A stretch of DNA of 64,000 nt from Blastocystis sp. Blastoise (lineage: Eukaryota > Protista > Bigyra: Opalinata), in the NCBI GenBank assembly GCA_039096225.1, contig JBBPEB010000014.1, forward strand, positions 682,001-746,000. Direction: 5' to 3'. Under the pieces are notes generated by a model, which made no database searches, was not told where the DNA came from, and worked only from the letters and a program-made list of their open reading frames with translations. Shown here piece after piece: positions 1-14,003 of the stretch. Both the position numbers and the translations under genes were made by a program. How positions within the stretch are numbered: position 1 is the stretch's first letter; every line of letters begins with the position of its first letter.

Positions 1-98
1 TATCTTCCTATCTAGCATCTGTCTACAAAGTATTATATTGAATTCTCAAAGAGAAACATAGAGAAAAGAATATTAAGAATACTGTTATGTATTAAATA

Positions 99-1580
99 AT
101 GTCGTCAGAAGACAAAGTGCCTGATCTGTTCACCTATTGTGCTAATTTGGTTGTAGAAGATTGGGACAATAAGCATATGAAATTAATATTTGCTGAACAA
201 ATCAAACAGTATTCTGTTATTTCTTTAGTCTTAAATTTCTTTATAGTTTGAAGCCACATATCGCTGAAGCTCTTTTGAATACATTCCGTAAGAAAGGAAA
301 GGTACATATTGATGTCTATAATGATTTATTAATTATCAATTATTATTTATTTTTTAATTTAGTTAACAGATAGTGTATTTTGTCAATTGATTCCTTGTAT
401 TCAGGATTCTATTGATATTTCTGGTTGTGATCATCTTCGAAAAGCTGCTATACGTCAAGTTTCATTTTATTGTCAGTCTCTTGTAAGTTTTTTTATAGTA
501 TTTTTTTTTTAATTATTATGTATATATACATATATAGAGATCTATTAATTTTTCAGGATGTAAACAAGTTACAAATGGTTTAGTTCGTCAAATCCTTCAA
601 GTAAGTTATTAATTATTATTATAAAATTATTTTTGTGGACTCATCCTAGAGTCTTATTTATATTAATAGTATTCTATACACTCTATATATTATTTTTCAT
701 TATTATTTATATTGTGTACATATATATAGTGTTGTAGTCGTCTACATGTGCTTATTCTCACTGGATGTACACAAGTAACAGATTATGCATTCACTTCAGA
801 TTCGTCACCTTTTACTCCACTTATTGGTCTTTATTCCTTGCGAGTATGTATAGTTAAGCTATTTATTGTTTTTATATTTATTGCTTTTGTTTTATTTTAT
901 ATATATTATTTGTTTTTGTTTTTATTTTTGTTTATTATTTATTGTTTATTATTTATTATTTTTGATATGAATTTGATATAAATATGTTTATTCTATATCT
1001 TTTCTTTTTAGAGTAATAGTATAATAAATATATTATATATATATATGACTCTATAGATTTTATCCCTTGCTTATTGTCATCAACTGAGTGGGTTATTTAT
1101 TCCTTCGTTTGTTAAGGCATGCTATTATCTACATGAAATTAACTTAGAAGGATGTAGAGCTATTACGAATGATAATATTCAAGTAATATATATATATATA
1201 TATATTACTTATATTCTTCATATTTTTTATTTATTTCTTCTTTATGATATCTGTTTTTTAATGTATATATTCACATAAGTTCTTCTTTTTGTACACAATA
1301 TTTTTTAATCATTTTTAGTCACTATTTCCATAATTATAAATATATCTTATAATTCTTCTCTTCTAGAAACTGATTAGTTGTTATTCCTTTAAAGCAGTGA
1401 ATCTCTCAGGAGTGATCAATCTCCAGGATGATAGTATATCTATGCTACTTCATAACGATACCTCTTCTGTCTTAACACAATTATCTCTATCGTATATTAT
1501 TATAACATCAATATAGAATTTATCATTGACCATTTAGTTACAATATTTATTTATATTATTTATATATATATAAACTCTTA

Positions 1581-1629
<49 letters not shown>

Positions 1630-1803
1630 GTAAATATATCTTCAGATACCCTATCTACTGTTCTACCTCAACTTAAAAAGCTTAAAGTATATATAAATAA
1701 TTAATTTATTTTAATATAATATATCCTATAAATATATAGACATTAGAACTTGGTAATTGTGAACATCTCTCTGATTCTTTGCTTATAAATATTGTTAAAA
1801 GTA

Positions 1804-1839
<36 letters not shown>

Positions 1840-2294
1840 TTGTTCAAGACTTTCTTCCTTAGATATTAATAATTGTGGACTTCTTACAGATACAAGTATT
1901 CAATATGTATTATCGCACCTACAATTATCAGCTTTAAATGTATCCTACTGTAATCAATTAACAGGTATTTATTATCTTTATTCTGCTTTTATTTTTTATT
2001 ACACAAACTTTTTATGATTAATTATATATAACTTTATGTTTCTATTAGATGAAGCCTTTAAAACTGCTCAAGAACAAACATTGTCTTCTCTTCAATACTT
2101 AAAAATCACTTGGTGTACACAAGTTACAGACACTATTATAAATATACTACATACATATAAAAATCTAAAACAAGTATTATCTCTATTTCATATATATATA
2201 TAATATACTCTATTATTAGGTTTCTGTGAAAGGATGTAATTTACAAGAAGATGCACTTCAGTTAATTAGAAATCAAGGAATTAAATTAATATAA
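99..2294 (+). CDS. Leucine-rich repeat (cysteine-containing, AMN1/FBXL-like) protein, about 12 exons
   Basis: Hand-spliced with GT-AG introns from ATG 99 (MSSEDKVPDLFTYCA) to TAA 2292-2294. Repeated LxLxxCxxVTD units: INFSGCKQVTN, LILTGCTQVTD, LDINNCGLLTD, LNVSYCNQLTD. Confidence 0.85.
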
Positions 2295-2529
2295 AACAAT
2301 TTTTTATACTTGTCATTTATTATGGGGTTATTAACTTATTATTGTTTAAATATTCCTCCAATTGTTTGTTAATTTTTATTATCATATCCACACATATAAA
2401 TATCCTCAAGACTATTGTAATAATCATGCAATAAATATATATATATATAGTATATAGATGAAAAATAAACAAACGAACAAAACAACATATAGATCTTTTC
2501 GTGATACGGTGCAACTTCTACAAAATTGT

Positions 2530-3107
2530 TTATTCAGATTCATTTTCAACCTTACGGATATGAGCCCTATAGAATAAAAATTGAAAATAATAATCACATT
2601 AGATATTTAATAAAATATATATAAATCAATATATATATAGAGTGGCATCCTTGGCGTTGGTAACAGTGATGGAGAGTTCTTCAGCACGTTTTACGATTTC
2701 AACACGCTTTCTGGCAGAAACGCTGTGAGCGATTTCAGCACAGTAAGTTCTGTTGTGCATCATGAGGAGTTCTAAATCACGAACGTTATTAATGACGTAC
2801 TTTCTTAAACCGTTAGGAAGCATATGTCTGGTGAGTTTGTTGGAACCATAACCAATTCTGGGCATGGGGGTAGCACCTCGGAAACGACGTCTAGCACGAC
2901 AATCGATACCTTTAGGTTTACGCCAATGTTGATTAACAAATCATATAAATAAAATAGCAAAAAGAAAAGAAAAAAAGGAGATAAAAAAGGAATCATCAAA
3001 TAAAAACGTACATTCATTCTCTTGAATTTATCAGCTTGGAAACGAACCCACTTGTTCGTCTTCTTCTTAATAATGTTATATCTAACAAGAGGAGCAGCCT
3101 TCACCAT
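2530..3107 (-). CDS. RPL32: 60S ribosomal protein L32 (eL32), 3 exons (3107-3012, 2931-2651, 2566-2530)
   Basis: The spliced product [86 protein letters not shown] is colinear with the eL32 consensus. Both introns need a non-canonical splice site (see findings). Confidence 0.95.
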
Positions 3108-3535
3108 TTTTAAAAAGTAACAATTGAGTATGTGTAATTTTCTTAATGATCATATTGATAACGTAGCATAAGAATATAGCAAATAGAATAAGAATATATT
3201 CATACTTTTAATCAATAAAGTGATTTACCACGAAAGAAAATTACTCTAAAAAGTTGAAAAAGAAACAACTTGTATGTGGCAAAGAGACTTTTTTCATAAA
3301 CTCAAAATTTTATGATGAACATGATCAAAGTTGAATCACTATACGCTCAACAATTCTATTCTCTTGGGAAAAGAGCAGAAAATGTGTAGACATTTGTGAA
3401 TAGAAAACGTCACGTTGTCAACAAAAGAATCATAAATATCATGGATGTTCTAAAACACATCACTTTACATAATTGTATGATAGTTTCACGGGGATTCCCT
3501 ATTATTTATTTTTACTTTTTTCTTGCATTTAATCC

Positions 3536-4975
3536 ATGGATAGTGACGAGACCTACGAGTATTTTATTTGTTTATTATCTCCATTGCTTCTAATATCTAA
3601 TTTCTTGTTTCTTATAGAATAAAGAAGATTTGTCAATTAATTGAAAGACGATTAGCTGTTTTTAATTACTTGTATACTATCTACAACAACCATGATGCAT
3701 ATATTTTTAATTGCGTAAAGTTATCTTCTAAAGACTTTTTAATGGGCGATTATGCCTCTCATGAAGTGTATATATTGATTTAGATATTGAAAATGAATAT
3801 ATACATTTTCAATTCTACTTGAATCTACAATAATATTTTTTGTTTCTTGCTTCTATTTTTTTTTTTATTTATTTTTGTTTATTTTTATTTATTTTTGTTT
3901 ATTTTTGTCTCTATCTCTATTTATCTTACTTCATTATAGTTTATCTGGTTTGTATCTATTTTGCTACAGTCTTCATTCTCGATTAGAAAATACTTCTCCT
4001 CAAGAATTATTAAAGAATTTCTCTCAACTTTGTCTTGAATATGAATATTATATGGCATCACCAACTTTAAAGAAAATGAAAATGGTATACATGTTATTCA
4101 ATGGTTTATTTTTTTATTTTATTCATTTTATTTTATTTTATTTTATTTTATTTTAGTGTTTTATTGTTATTTTAGTGTTTTATTATTATTTTAGTATTTA
4201 TTTTAATATATTAAATTATATAGGTACGTGCCAAAGAATTTAGTGAAGTAAATTATCCCAAACTTTCTGGAGATTTTTGTATTTTTGAACCTCCTGTTCT
4301 TTTGAAATCAAAATCATGCATTGTCTATCAAGCATTTGAAGATCATATTGTAGTATATATATATTATATTATATTATATTATATTATATTATATTATATT
4401 ATATTATATTATATTATATTATATTATATTATATTATATTATATTATATATATATTATATTATATATATATTATATACTATTATATTATATTATTATATT
4501 ATATTATATTATCTCTATAGTCAATGAACTTAGACCCAAGTAGTGTAGTAGCCGCTCTCTTTGAAATCTTAATCACTTATTATAAAATATTTTCTTCTTT
4601 AGATTATACACAATTCCCTGAATTTGTAAAATATGTAGAATTTATTGACTCTCAAGTCTTTGTATATATATTTGTTTATTATTCTATGTTATTAGTTCTA
4701 TTTATCGAATTCATAAATATATTTTTATTAAATATATAGTTACTTATTTTATTATCTATATGTATTTTATTTCATTTTTAGAGACTTGTCAAAGGACTTA
4801 GTTCAAATATCACTCAAATAGCACAAATCGTATATATATATTTATATGTTTTACATAATCTATTCTCTCATCTATTTATTTTATATTATAGAAACTAAAA
4901 CAGTACTTTGAAGTATTTAATCCTTTTGTTACTCAATCTGATGCAGTTGACTGCTTTTTCCCTCAAAAACAATGA
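3536..4975 (+). CDS. Conserved hypothetical protein, 7 exons
   Basis: Open after GT-AG splicing: MDSDETYE-IKKICQLIERRLAVFNYL...LCLEYEYY...LFEILITYYKIF...FPQKQ*, ending in TGA. Function not recognised. Confidence 0.7.
4355..4512. repeat. Intronic (ATATT)n microsatellite
   Basis: Pentamer array. Similar arrays occur at about 24045-24285. Confidence 0.9.
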
Positions 4976-6119
4976 GTTATACATTTCTTTTTATTAGCTA
5001 TTTCTTTCTATTAGCTATTTTTTTATTTAATTTCTTTATAGTTTGCATTAGCTCTTTCTTTTCTTATATATTAGTATAACTTTTTATGTGTAGTGTATTC
5101 ACTTTTATTTGTATTATAAAATGAGATCATGAAATCGTTTCATTTTTTATCTTATGTATCCTATTTATGTCAATTGTCTTTCAATATAATTTTTTATTTA
5201 TTAATATTTTGTTTGATTTCTATTCAGATTACTACCTACATGTTTTAATGATTTATATTATATGTTCTTTGTTGACATGACTACTGTTTTCATTTTTTCA
5301 GAATTCTTTCCGTGAACCTTCTTCAATAAGACTTATTTATATTCTAAATCTATAACTATATATATATATTGAAAAGAATGTTTACATATCACAATTTGAA
5401 TCAACTTATATTGTTCATAATAAACCTAGATGTAATCACAAATCCCATGTAGTCATCGATAATTCATCAATATATTCATAAAAAATACATTTCATACTTT
5501 TTATTCAAATATTTAATATTTCAAAAAATTTAAGTGCTTTTATTAACTTTAAAAAATTTCGAATCTACATTACTCTATTTATTTATTAGCATTCAATGAA
5601 AAATGTTTTTTTAATGGATTTTATATCCATACAATGGTTTACATTCGTTTGAAGCCATTAAATGTGTGTTTATAAATACTCCATTATTGAATACATTTTT
5701 ATAATTGTATTTATTCATTTTATTTTTTAAAAATATGATACCCTATATGAATTAAAAATGATTTCATAAATTAATAACACATCTTAAGATAAAGATGTGG
5801 TTATTGCTACATCACTTAGAGTTTATTTTGAGTTTTAATATATTTATTTTGTATCATAAAAGAGATTGAAATATGGGACAACTATCTTAAACAATATAAC
5901 AACAAAATAAAATGAAGAATTCATTGCTTGAAGAAAAACAATAGGAAAATTTGATTAAATATGTAACTAAAATAAATATTTAATGTTAGAAAGAAAAAAT
6001 TATAAGTATGACAATAAACACATCAAAGAAACAACTAACATAATTGAAATATACGAATACCAGAAAGCACACAAATTATAGTAGGAAATAATAAAAAATT
6101 CATATATATATATATGGAA

Positions 6120-9100
6120 TTAGGCGCTAGGATCTGATCCTCTGATTGTAGTAAGAAGTTGACCACACCAGACTAATAAGTCATGATTCTCTTGTATTTG
6201 TTTATCATATAATCCCTAAAGATATATACATGTAAACATAATAATTGGAATGAATAATATGGGAAAATTAATTAAAAATATGTAAATAATATTAATAAAA
6301 ATAAATAAAAATAAATAAAAATAAATAAAAATAAATAAAAATAAATAAAAATAAATAAAAATAAATAAAAATAAATAAAAATAATAAATAAAAAAAAAAT
6401 AAATACTGATAAATGATTAAGTCTAGCTTGAATATCCTTTGCAAGTGCAGACCCATCTTCAGGGGCTTCTGCTCCAGAAGTAGAGGAAGAAGAACCATGT
6501 TGTATATCAAATAATTGTATCTACATATATATATATATATAGATTAAAGAGAGTTTTGAATATTATAAATAAAAAATATCCTTACAAATTATAGATAAAT
6601 AATAATAATAATAAAAAAAATAAATATAATATTCATAATAATAAAAACAAATATAATATTCATAATAATAATAAAAACAATATACTTTAAGACTAGCTAC
6701 TTCTTGAGTGAGTTGATTGACTTTTGTTTTATATGGTTCTAATTCTAGAGATGTTCGTGATGCAAACATATTCTTTTGACCATCTAGAACAGCATGGAGA
6801 CTTACTAACTCCGAATTAATTTGATCATACTATATAGAATATAATATATAATTATTATGAATATATTACAAATAGAGAAATGAATATATAAATAGATTAA
6901 AAAAAGAATTAAAAAAGTGACCATTAAAAAATATATATGTAGATGTAATATATGTATATTATTTAGTAACTAAATACTTGAGCTCTAAGAGAAGCGAGAG
7001 ATTGTAAAGCAATTTGATTATCTTCTTCTTTTTTATGAAGAGATATCTGAGAAGATGTTAACTGAGAACGAAGACTATATAATATAATATAATGATATAT
7101 AATTAATATAATAATATATAACATAATACTATATAAACAACAGATAATAATAATTAAATTACATACTCATCCACAGTACTTTGTAACTTTTGATTTTCAG
7201 CGCATTTTTCATCAAATTTTTGTTTTTCTCTTTCTTGATTCATAGTATATATATTAATATCTTTGATATTCTCACTAATCTTCTTTCTTTCTATTTCAAG
7301 AAGATTCTTGATTTGTTCATATTTATTCATATATTCCTCAATCTCCTTCGTCTTATCTTTCAGTTTTGTAGAATAATCATTCTCCTCAGCAAGACGACTT
7401 GCAGCACAATTACTATATATATATAATATTTAATGAAATAACGATCCTAAATAATCATGCAGAATATATATATATATAATATTTAATAATACTATCTATA
7501 GGAGAATATACTCATATTCAGTTTTAAGTCGATCGCATTCAGTTGTTGATTTATTCAATTCCTGAACCAGACGCATCTCATTATTCTTCATATCTATTAT
7601 TTCAGTCTATATACATAGAAGATATTATAGAATTATATAAAACAATATAAAACAATAAAATAATATAAAATAATATAAAAATGATATAAAAATGATATAA
7701 AAATGATAAAAAAGTATTCACCAAAAAAAAATTAAAAATTAAAAAAAAAAAAATAGAAATAATAATAGACTATATACCTTCATAGATTCAAAGGCAATAT
7801 CATTATCTTTCAGTTGATTGGTTAAATCAGTTATTTGATTCTTATAATGTTCTTCTAATTTACGTATTTCTTCTTCATAATGTGTTGAAGCCTCTGTTAT
7901 ACCTTCCTGTTTAATAACACTAATCTTATCATATACTTCGTTAATTACAGTTCTCATCTCTTCATTCTGATTCGATAAATCGATATTACTCTTACGTAAG
8001 GATTGCTATATATATGTATATACATATATATATATAATTTATACATTTATAAATAATAAAAACAGATATAAAACAATATTTATTCATATAGAAATAAACA
8101 AATAAATAAATGAAAAAATAAATAAATAAATGAAAAAACAAATAAAAAAAATCAAAAACAAAATGAATAAATATAAAATAAATAAAAACAAAAATTGAAT
8201 ATCAGGAACATACACATTCTTCTTGTAATCGTTTGAGTGTTCCAGCTAAGCCATTAATAACAGTTTGAGCTTCAATTGTAGCCTTCTTTGTAGCTTCAGC
8301 AACTTCTATAGCTAATTGTTCTTCTGTATATTTTAAAGGAGATTGAGCTATAACGTTACATAAATCTAAATCAAGATTATATTGTTTTCCAAGTTCAGCA
8401 AAAGCTTTCATATGTATAGTTTTCGATTCTTCTTCAACTTTCTTTTCAGGTTGTATACTATTATTATTATTAACAGTATTATCATCATTCGTAGTTGTCG
8501 GTGTATCAACAATAATAACATTAGCTAATTTATCTTTTAAGGACGCATTACTTGGATCTTCAAGAAGTCGTTGAACACTAGCAGGAGGTGCAGGAATCAT
8601 TACAGGTGTTGACTTTTTAGTTTCTATACCAGATATATGAGGACCTTCAGATAAAACAGAAGCAGATATAACTTCGTCAGTTTTCGAAAGAGGAACTTGA
8701 GTATTTGCAGCAGGTTCTGATGGTTCAGAAGGTACTGTTGGCTCCGATTGAGGAATAGATGGAGAAGTAGTAGAAGCAGGCATAGGATTAGAAGTAACAG
8801 GTATAGAAGATAAAGGTGTTGTTGCTGTTTCTTGTTCAACTGTATTATTTTCTGTTGTTTCTTGTTCAACTGCCATATTTTCTGCTGTTTCTTGTTCAAC
8901 TGCCATATTTTCTGCTGTTTCTTGATTATTTTCTTGTGTAGTTGCCATTGGATCATTTGGATCCATCTCATAATCATCGTAAACATAACCATCCTGGTAA
9001 TAATCTCCTTCTGTACCATCATAATTAGGTTCTTCATAGACATCGGCATTTATTGGCATATGTTGTTGGAAAGCTTCTGGATCTTCATCTTGATAATATT

Positions 9101-9242
9101 GAGCATCTTCATCCTGATAATATTGAGCATCTTCATTCTCGTTTTCTAGCACCATAGCAGTTGATGATGGAACGGCCTCAGTAGTAACGGTAGAGTCTGT
9201 AGGTTCTTCTGGAACTGTAGGATCTTCGACAGTGGCTGACAT
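6120..9242 (-). CDS. Acidic N-terminus plus C-terminal coiled coil, TACC-domain-like protein
   Basis: Large first exon (ORF 8202-9242) is E/D/P/T-rich. It is followed by coiled-coil exons (KYTEEQL, MRTVINEVYDKIS) ending YDKQIQENHDLLVWCGQLLTTI, which resembles the TACC end motif ENxELxxICDxLI. All introns are GT-AG. Confidence 0.7.
8829..8923 (-). repeat. 30-bp coding tandem repeat (QETAENMAVE about x3)
   Basis: Repeated gtttcttgttcaactgccatattttctgct. A second 24-bp duplication (AQYYQDED x2) lies at about 9083-9135. Confidence 0.85.
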
Positions 9243-9813
9243 AATAAAATATGTTCTTTAAAATTTAAATACTGTGTTTATCAAAAGTTGTCACTTGTGA
9301 GAAATTATATTTTCCAAAGAATTGCTGTTAGTTTTTCAAAAATTTCCAGTAGAAAATGGTTTTCTCGTGTATATGAACGGAAATATCCGTGAAAATATTT
9401 CTGTGTAACAACGAAATACAGAAATTTCTTCTAAGGATTTCCTTACAGTTGTTCTTTTCCTTCTTTTTATTTCAAATATTCGTAAACTTTGAATTTTTTA
9501 TTTTCTTTATATCTGTAAGAAGGATCATTGAATCATTAGTTATCTGATTAATGATCAAGTCTATTTATATCAAATAAAACAATGTTGAACTAGACTCTCA
9601 TGAAAAATGCATAGTTTTTGAAATAGTCGTGGGAATCTATATCTTTACAGTGGAGTTCTAGAAATAATCATTGTTTCCTTTTTTTAAAATAGGAATAGTT
9701 TTTACTTTATTTAAATAACTATTTTAATTACTTGTTAAATATAAAAATTATTATATAAAATATTGTGAAATATCTGCGCTTTCAAATCAAACCAATTTAA
9801 CTAATAATTCGAA

Positions 9814-11398
9814 ATGAATAACATTAAACGACGTTTAAACGATGATGGAGTTACTGTCATTACTGTATTTTGTCTTTTCTGATCTTCAAGTATATTCTAT
9901 ATTTATAGAAAACATCAAATGAGAATAATTTAATAAAAAAGTATATTTGTTTTGAATTATTTATTACGTATTATTCAGATCATCAACAATTAAGGAAACA
10001 GAACCTACTGATATTCCTGCAAACACAAATTGGGGTTGTGTATGTCATTTTAAATTTTCTTATTCTTTTCAAAATCTTTTCTACATATAAAATTTTGTGT
10101 GCTAATAACTATATATATTTATAGGGTTTATTCTGTCAAAAGAAAGGTATATTGCTTATCGATTATTTATAAATTTCTATTTCTATAGTTGAAGAGTATT
10201 TATTTTTGTATTTCTGAGCTAGTTTCTAGTCATTTTATTATTTTTATTTAATATTTCTATCTATATACTCATTCAGGCCCACCAAAACAATCGTATATAT
10301 ATCTGTTTTTTTCTATATATATATCTATATGTATATATATATATATATATATATAGGTTCCTATTCCTACATTTAGTAGTATATTCAAACAACAAGCACC
10401 TATCACTAAAATAATTAAGATTCATGAGAATAATATTTCTGTTCTTCAAAAGAGAAAACAGTATTTAGAAACAAAATTATATATGTATAATCGTATTAAT
10501 GATGAAAAAATGGAAGAAGTTATTGATGTATATAGATATATATTTATAATTCAATGTTTTCGTCGATATTCTATTTATTATTATTGTAATAGTGAACAAC
10601 TTATCTATATATATATATATTCATTTAAAACAAATAACAGAAATGTTTAATATATATATATATAAATATATATAGAAGATTGCGGAGACATCGTCATCGG
10701 ATGACGACGTCGTAGCACGTGTCTTCAAAGAGAATCACCAGAAGAAAGAGGCTCAAGAGAGACAACTCTATAAGGATGGAAAGAATAATATTATATATAT
10801 ATATAATAATCAATTTATACTTTGTGTTTTATCATCTCTTGATTTGTTATTGGTATTTTCTAAGTATATTCTCTTATTACTATTGTTTTTATGTTGATAT
10901 TATTATATATCTTTTATTATTAAATATCTATTATTATTATATATGTTTAATATATATATCTATTATGTAGTATATATACGGACATTTCAGAGTTAGAAGA
11001 TGTTCGAAATGCGAAGTATATATATATGAAATATAAGGATGAGTTTATAAGGAAGATGGTTCGATATATAAATGATAAGAAGGTATATTATATATATATA
11101 TATGATTTATTTCTCTCTTTATATTTTCTTTACATATATAATTCATTTAATTTATATATATATTAGATGTATTGTATATCTCTTGCAAATGAGTATATAC
11201 GTGTTGAGCGGGAATATTTAAAGCGGGAAACAGAATTAGATAAATATACATATTCCTATGGATTCAAATATGATCATTCTCAACAAGTCATGCCTACACG
11301 TATATATTTATATATATTATTTGATTATATGTGTTCTATATATATATATAATAAATAACATATATGTATAGTATATATATAATCTATATAGTATAATG

Positions 11399-11474
<76 letters not shown>

Positions 11475-13252
11475 CTTCTCGCAGTATGCGTGTGACTCGT
11501 TATCACTCCCAAACCTCCATTCTTGACTTGGACTCTATTACTTCTACTGTATATATATATATATATATATAATTGAATTACTATAATAATAATCTTATTT
11601 TCATAAAGCATCGTAGTTATAACAATAATAATAGTATTATAAGAATAATGATTATCATTTTTATTCATATTCTTGTTCTCTCTCTCTCTCTGAATATATA
11701 TATATATATATATATATATAGGATAGTGCATATTTCATTGATAAGCAGGGAGAACCACCAAATCAAATTGTATATAACCGATGGAAGTATATATATATAT
11801 ATAATATATATATAATATATATATAGTATTATTACTTTAATTAATAGATATGATTTTATTTTGTGTATCTATTAATAAAATATATTTATTTATGATATTA
11901 TTTATTATTATTAATATATACCTATTATTATTTCTCTTAAGGTTTATTAATAAATCGAATAACTTTCTTACAACGGATAATCAACCCCAAAAATGTCTTG
12001 GACAACCTGATGGTATATATATATATATTATGATCAGCTTTTAATTATTACTCTATTTATAATATTATTTATTTATCACTATATATAACTATATTTATAT
12101 AGCTATTCCTTGTCCTCCTACCTGTAATTGTGTGTATAATATTCAGAAATCCCAATATCTCTATAAACCGTGGAGTTATTTGGAACAATTCATTTTCATC
12201 GACCTCTTTTTCCAGAAACCAAAGGTATTCATATTTATTATTATTATTTTATCATAGGATATATTATATACAATAAAATCAAAATAAGTTTTATTTCATA
12301 CTCTATATATATAGAATTTCCATTTTATTGCTCAACATTTAAAGAATAGAAATACAAACGAAGTGATCGATTTCTATTATCGAATGAAAAAAGGTATTTA
12401 AAAAATATTTTTTACTATTTTATTTAAATATATATATATGTCATAACTACACTAAATTCATATCTTAAAATAAATGATATTAAATATATATATATCTTCT
12501 TTAGGTTTGCATATACCTCTCCTTCTTCGTGTATATATATCTCTGAAAAGAGCGAAGAATGGAGATCAGAGACCTATTGTTCTAGCAGCAGCTTATGCTA
12601 TTGGTATATATATAATAATAATAATAATATTATTAATAATATTTATTTAAACTGCTTTCTTTGAATTCTCATTTTTCTAAGATTATATATAATATAATAT
12701 AATATAATAAAATATGCTATATATAGGTCTTCCTATACCTGAGTCTGTCTTTACACCTGATTATGCGTCTGTTAATATATATGAATATATCTCTGAATAT
12801 CAATATAATCACCCTGAGTCTCCTTATATTCAACAACCTCTCCCTTTTTCTTATGATGGTGAAGAAATGTCGCCAGAAGAACGACGTAGAAGACGACAGG
12901 CACGTGAACATGAAATAGAACATCTATTAGAAAAAATGGGAATCGATGTATATATTATTATTATACTTATTATGATTAACTTATACTAATTTCTTAATGT
13001 ATTGATCAACTATACATTTTTATTTATTATTTATGATTGACATTATAACAATATATATTCTATATATATATAATATTTTTAAAAATAATTTTATATGAAA
13101 AATAATGATTCTATATAAATGTGTTTTTATATATATAGTTGAAAGGTTGTATTCCTCCATCAGAGTCTCTCACTCAAGGGTCAGGAAGAGGAAGGAGAGG
13201 GATACAAAGAGCAAAGGAACAACATAGAATACATGAAGAAGAAACTAATTAA
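9814..13252 (+). CDS. SANT/Myb-domain protein (NCoR/Snt1-type SANT)
   Basis: Spliced exons give [46 protein letters not shown], a typical SANT domain. ATG 9814, TAA 13250-13252. The 5' exon structure requires a 7-nt microexon. Confidence 0.8.
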
Positions 13253-14003
13253 ATATCAAAGATTAATGATTTATATATATATATATATTGTATTCAAAAT
13301 TTTGTTTTTTATCTTGTTCATTGTTTGCAATATATCAGTTTATTTTCACTTTATTATATATATATAGATTTCAAATTTGTTGATCACTATATATTTAAAG
13401 AACAATAATTTTAGTTTTTGATTCTTGTGTTTAGTCCTATAGTATATTATACTATAAATAAAAAAGTTGAATAATATTACAAAACAATATTAAAAGAGAA
13501 GCATAAGAAATAAAAGGAATTCAACTAAGAGAAATCACTGGAATAAGTGGTTAATCACTTATGAAGAAAACAAGAAAAATAGGAGAAAAAGAAAAACAAA
13601 AATAGCTATAATAAAGAAATATACAAAACAAAAATGATTATATAAAAGATGAAACTAAAAATAAAATGTAATATGAGTAATATACTTATAAATACCACGA
13701 GAATCAACAGAAAGGAAACAAAATACAAGTTATAAAAAGAGAATGAAAATAATGTAAATATATATATATAAATAAAGACAAGAAGAAAAAATCCAAAAAA
13801 ATCCAAACAAAAAAAAAAGCAAACGAAATAACTAATAAAACTATTTATAATAATAATTAGTATAATAACGGTTTGAAAAGAGAAAGAGACATCAAAATCA
13901 AAAAAAAATAAATAAATGAAAACATATGCTTAAAAACATTCATTAGAGGGTAACCTATAGAGTATACAATATGTATAGTTTATATATATGTATATATATC
14001 TGT

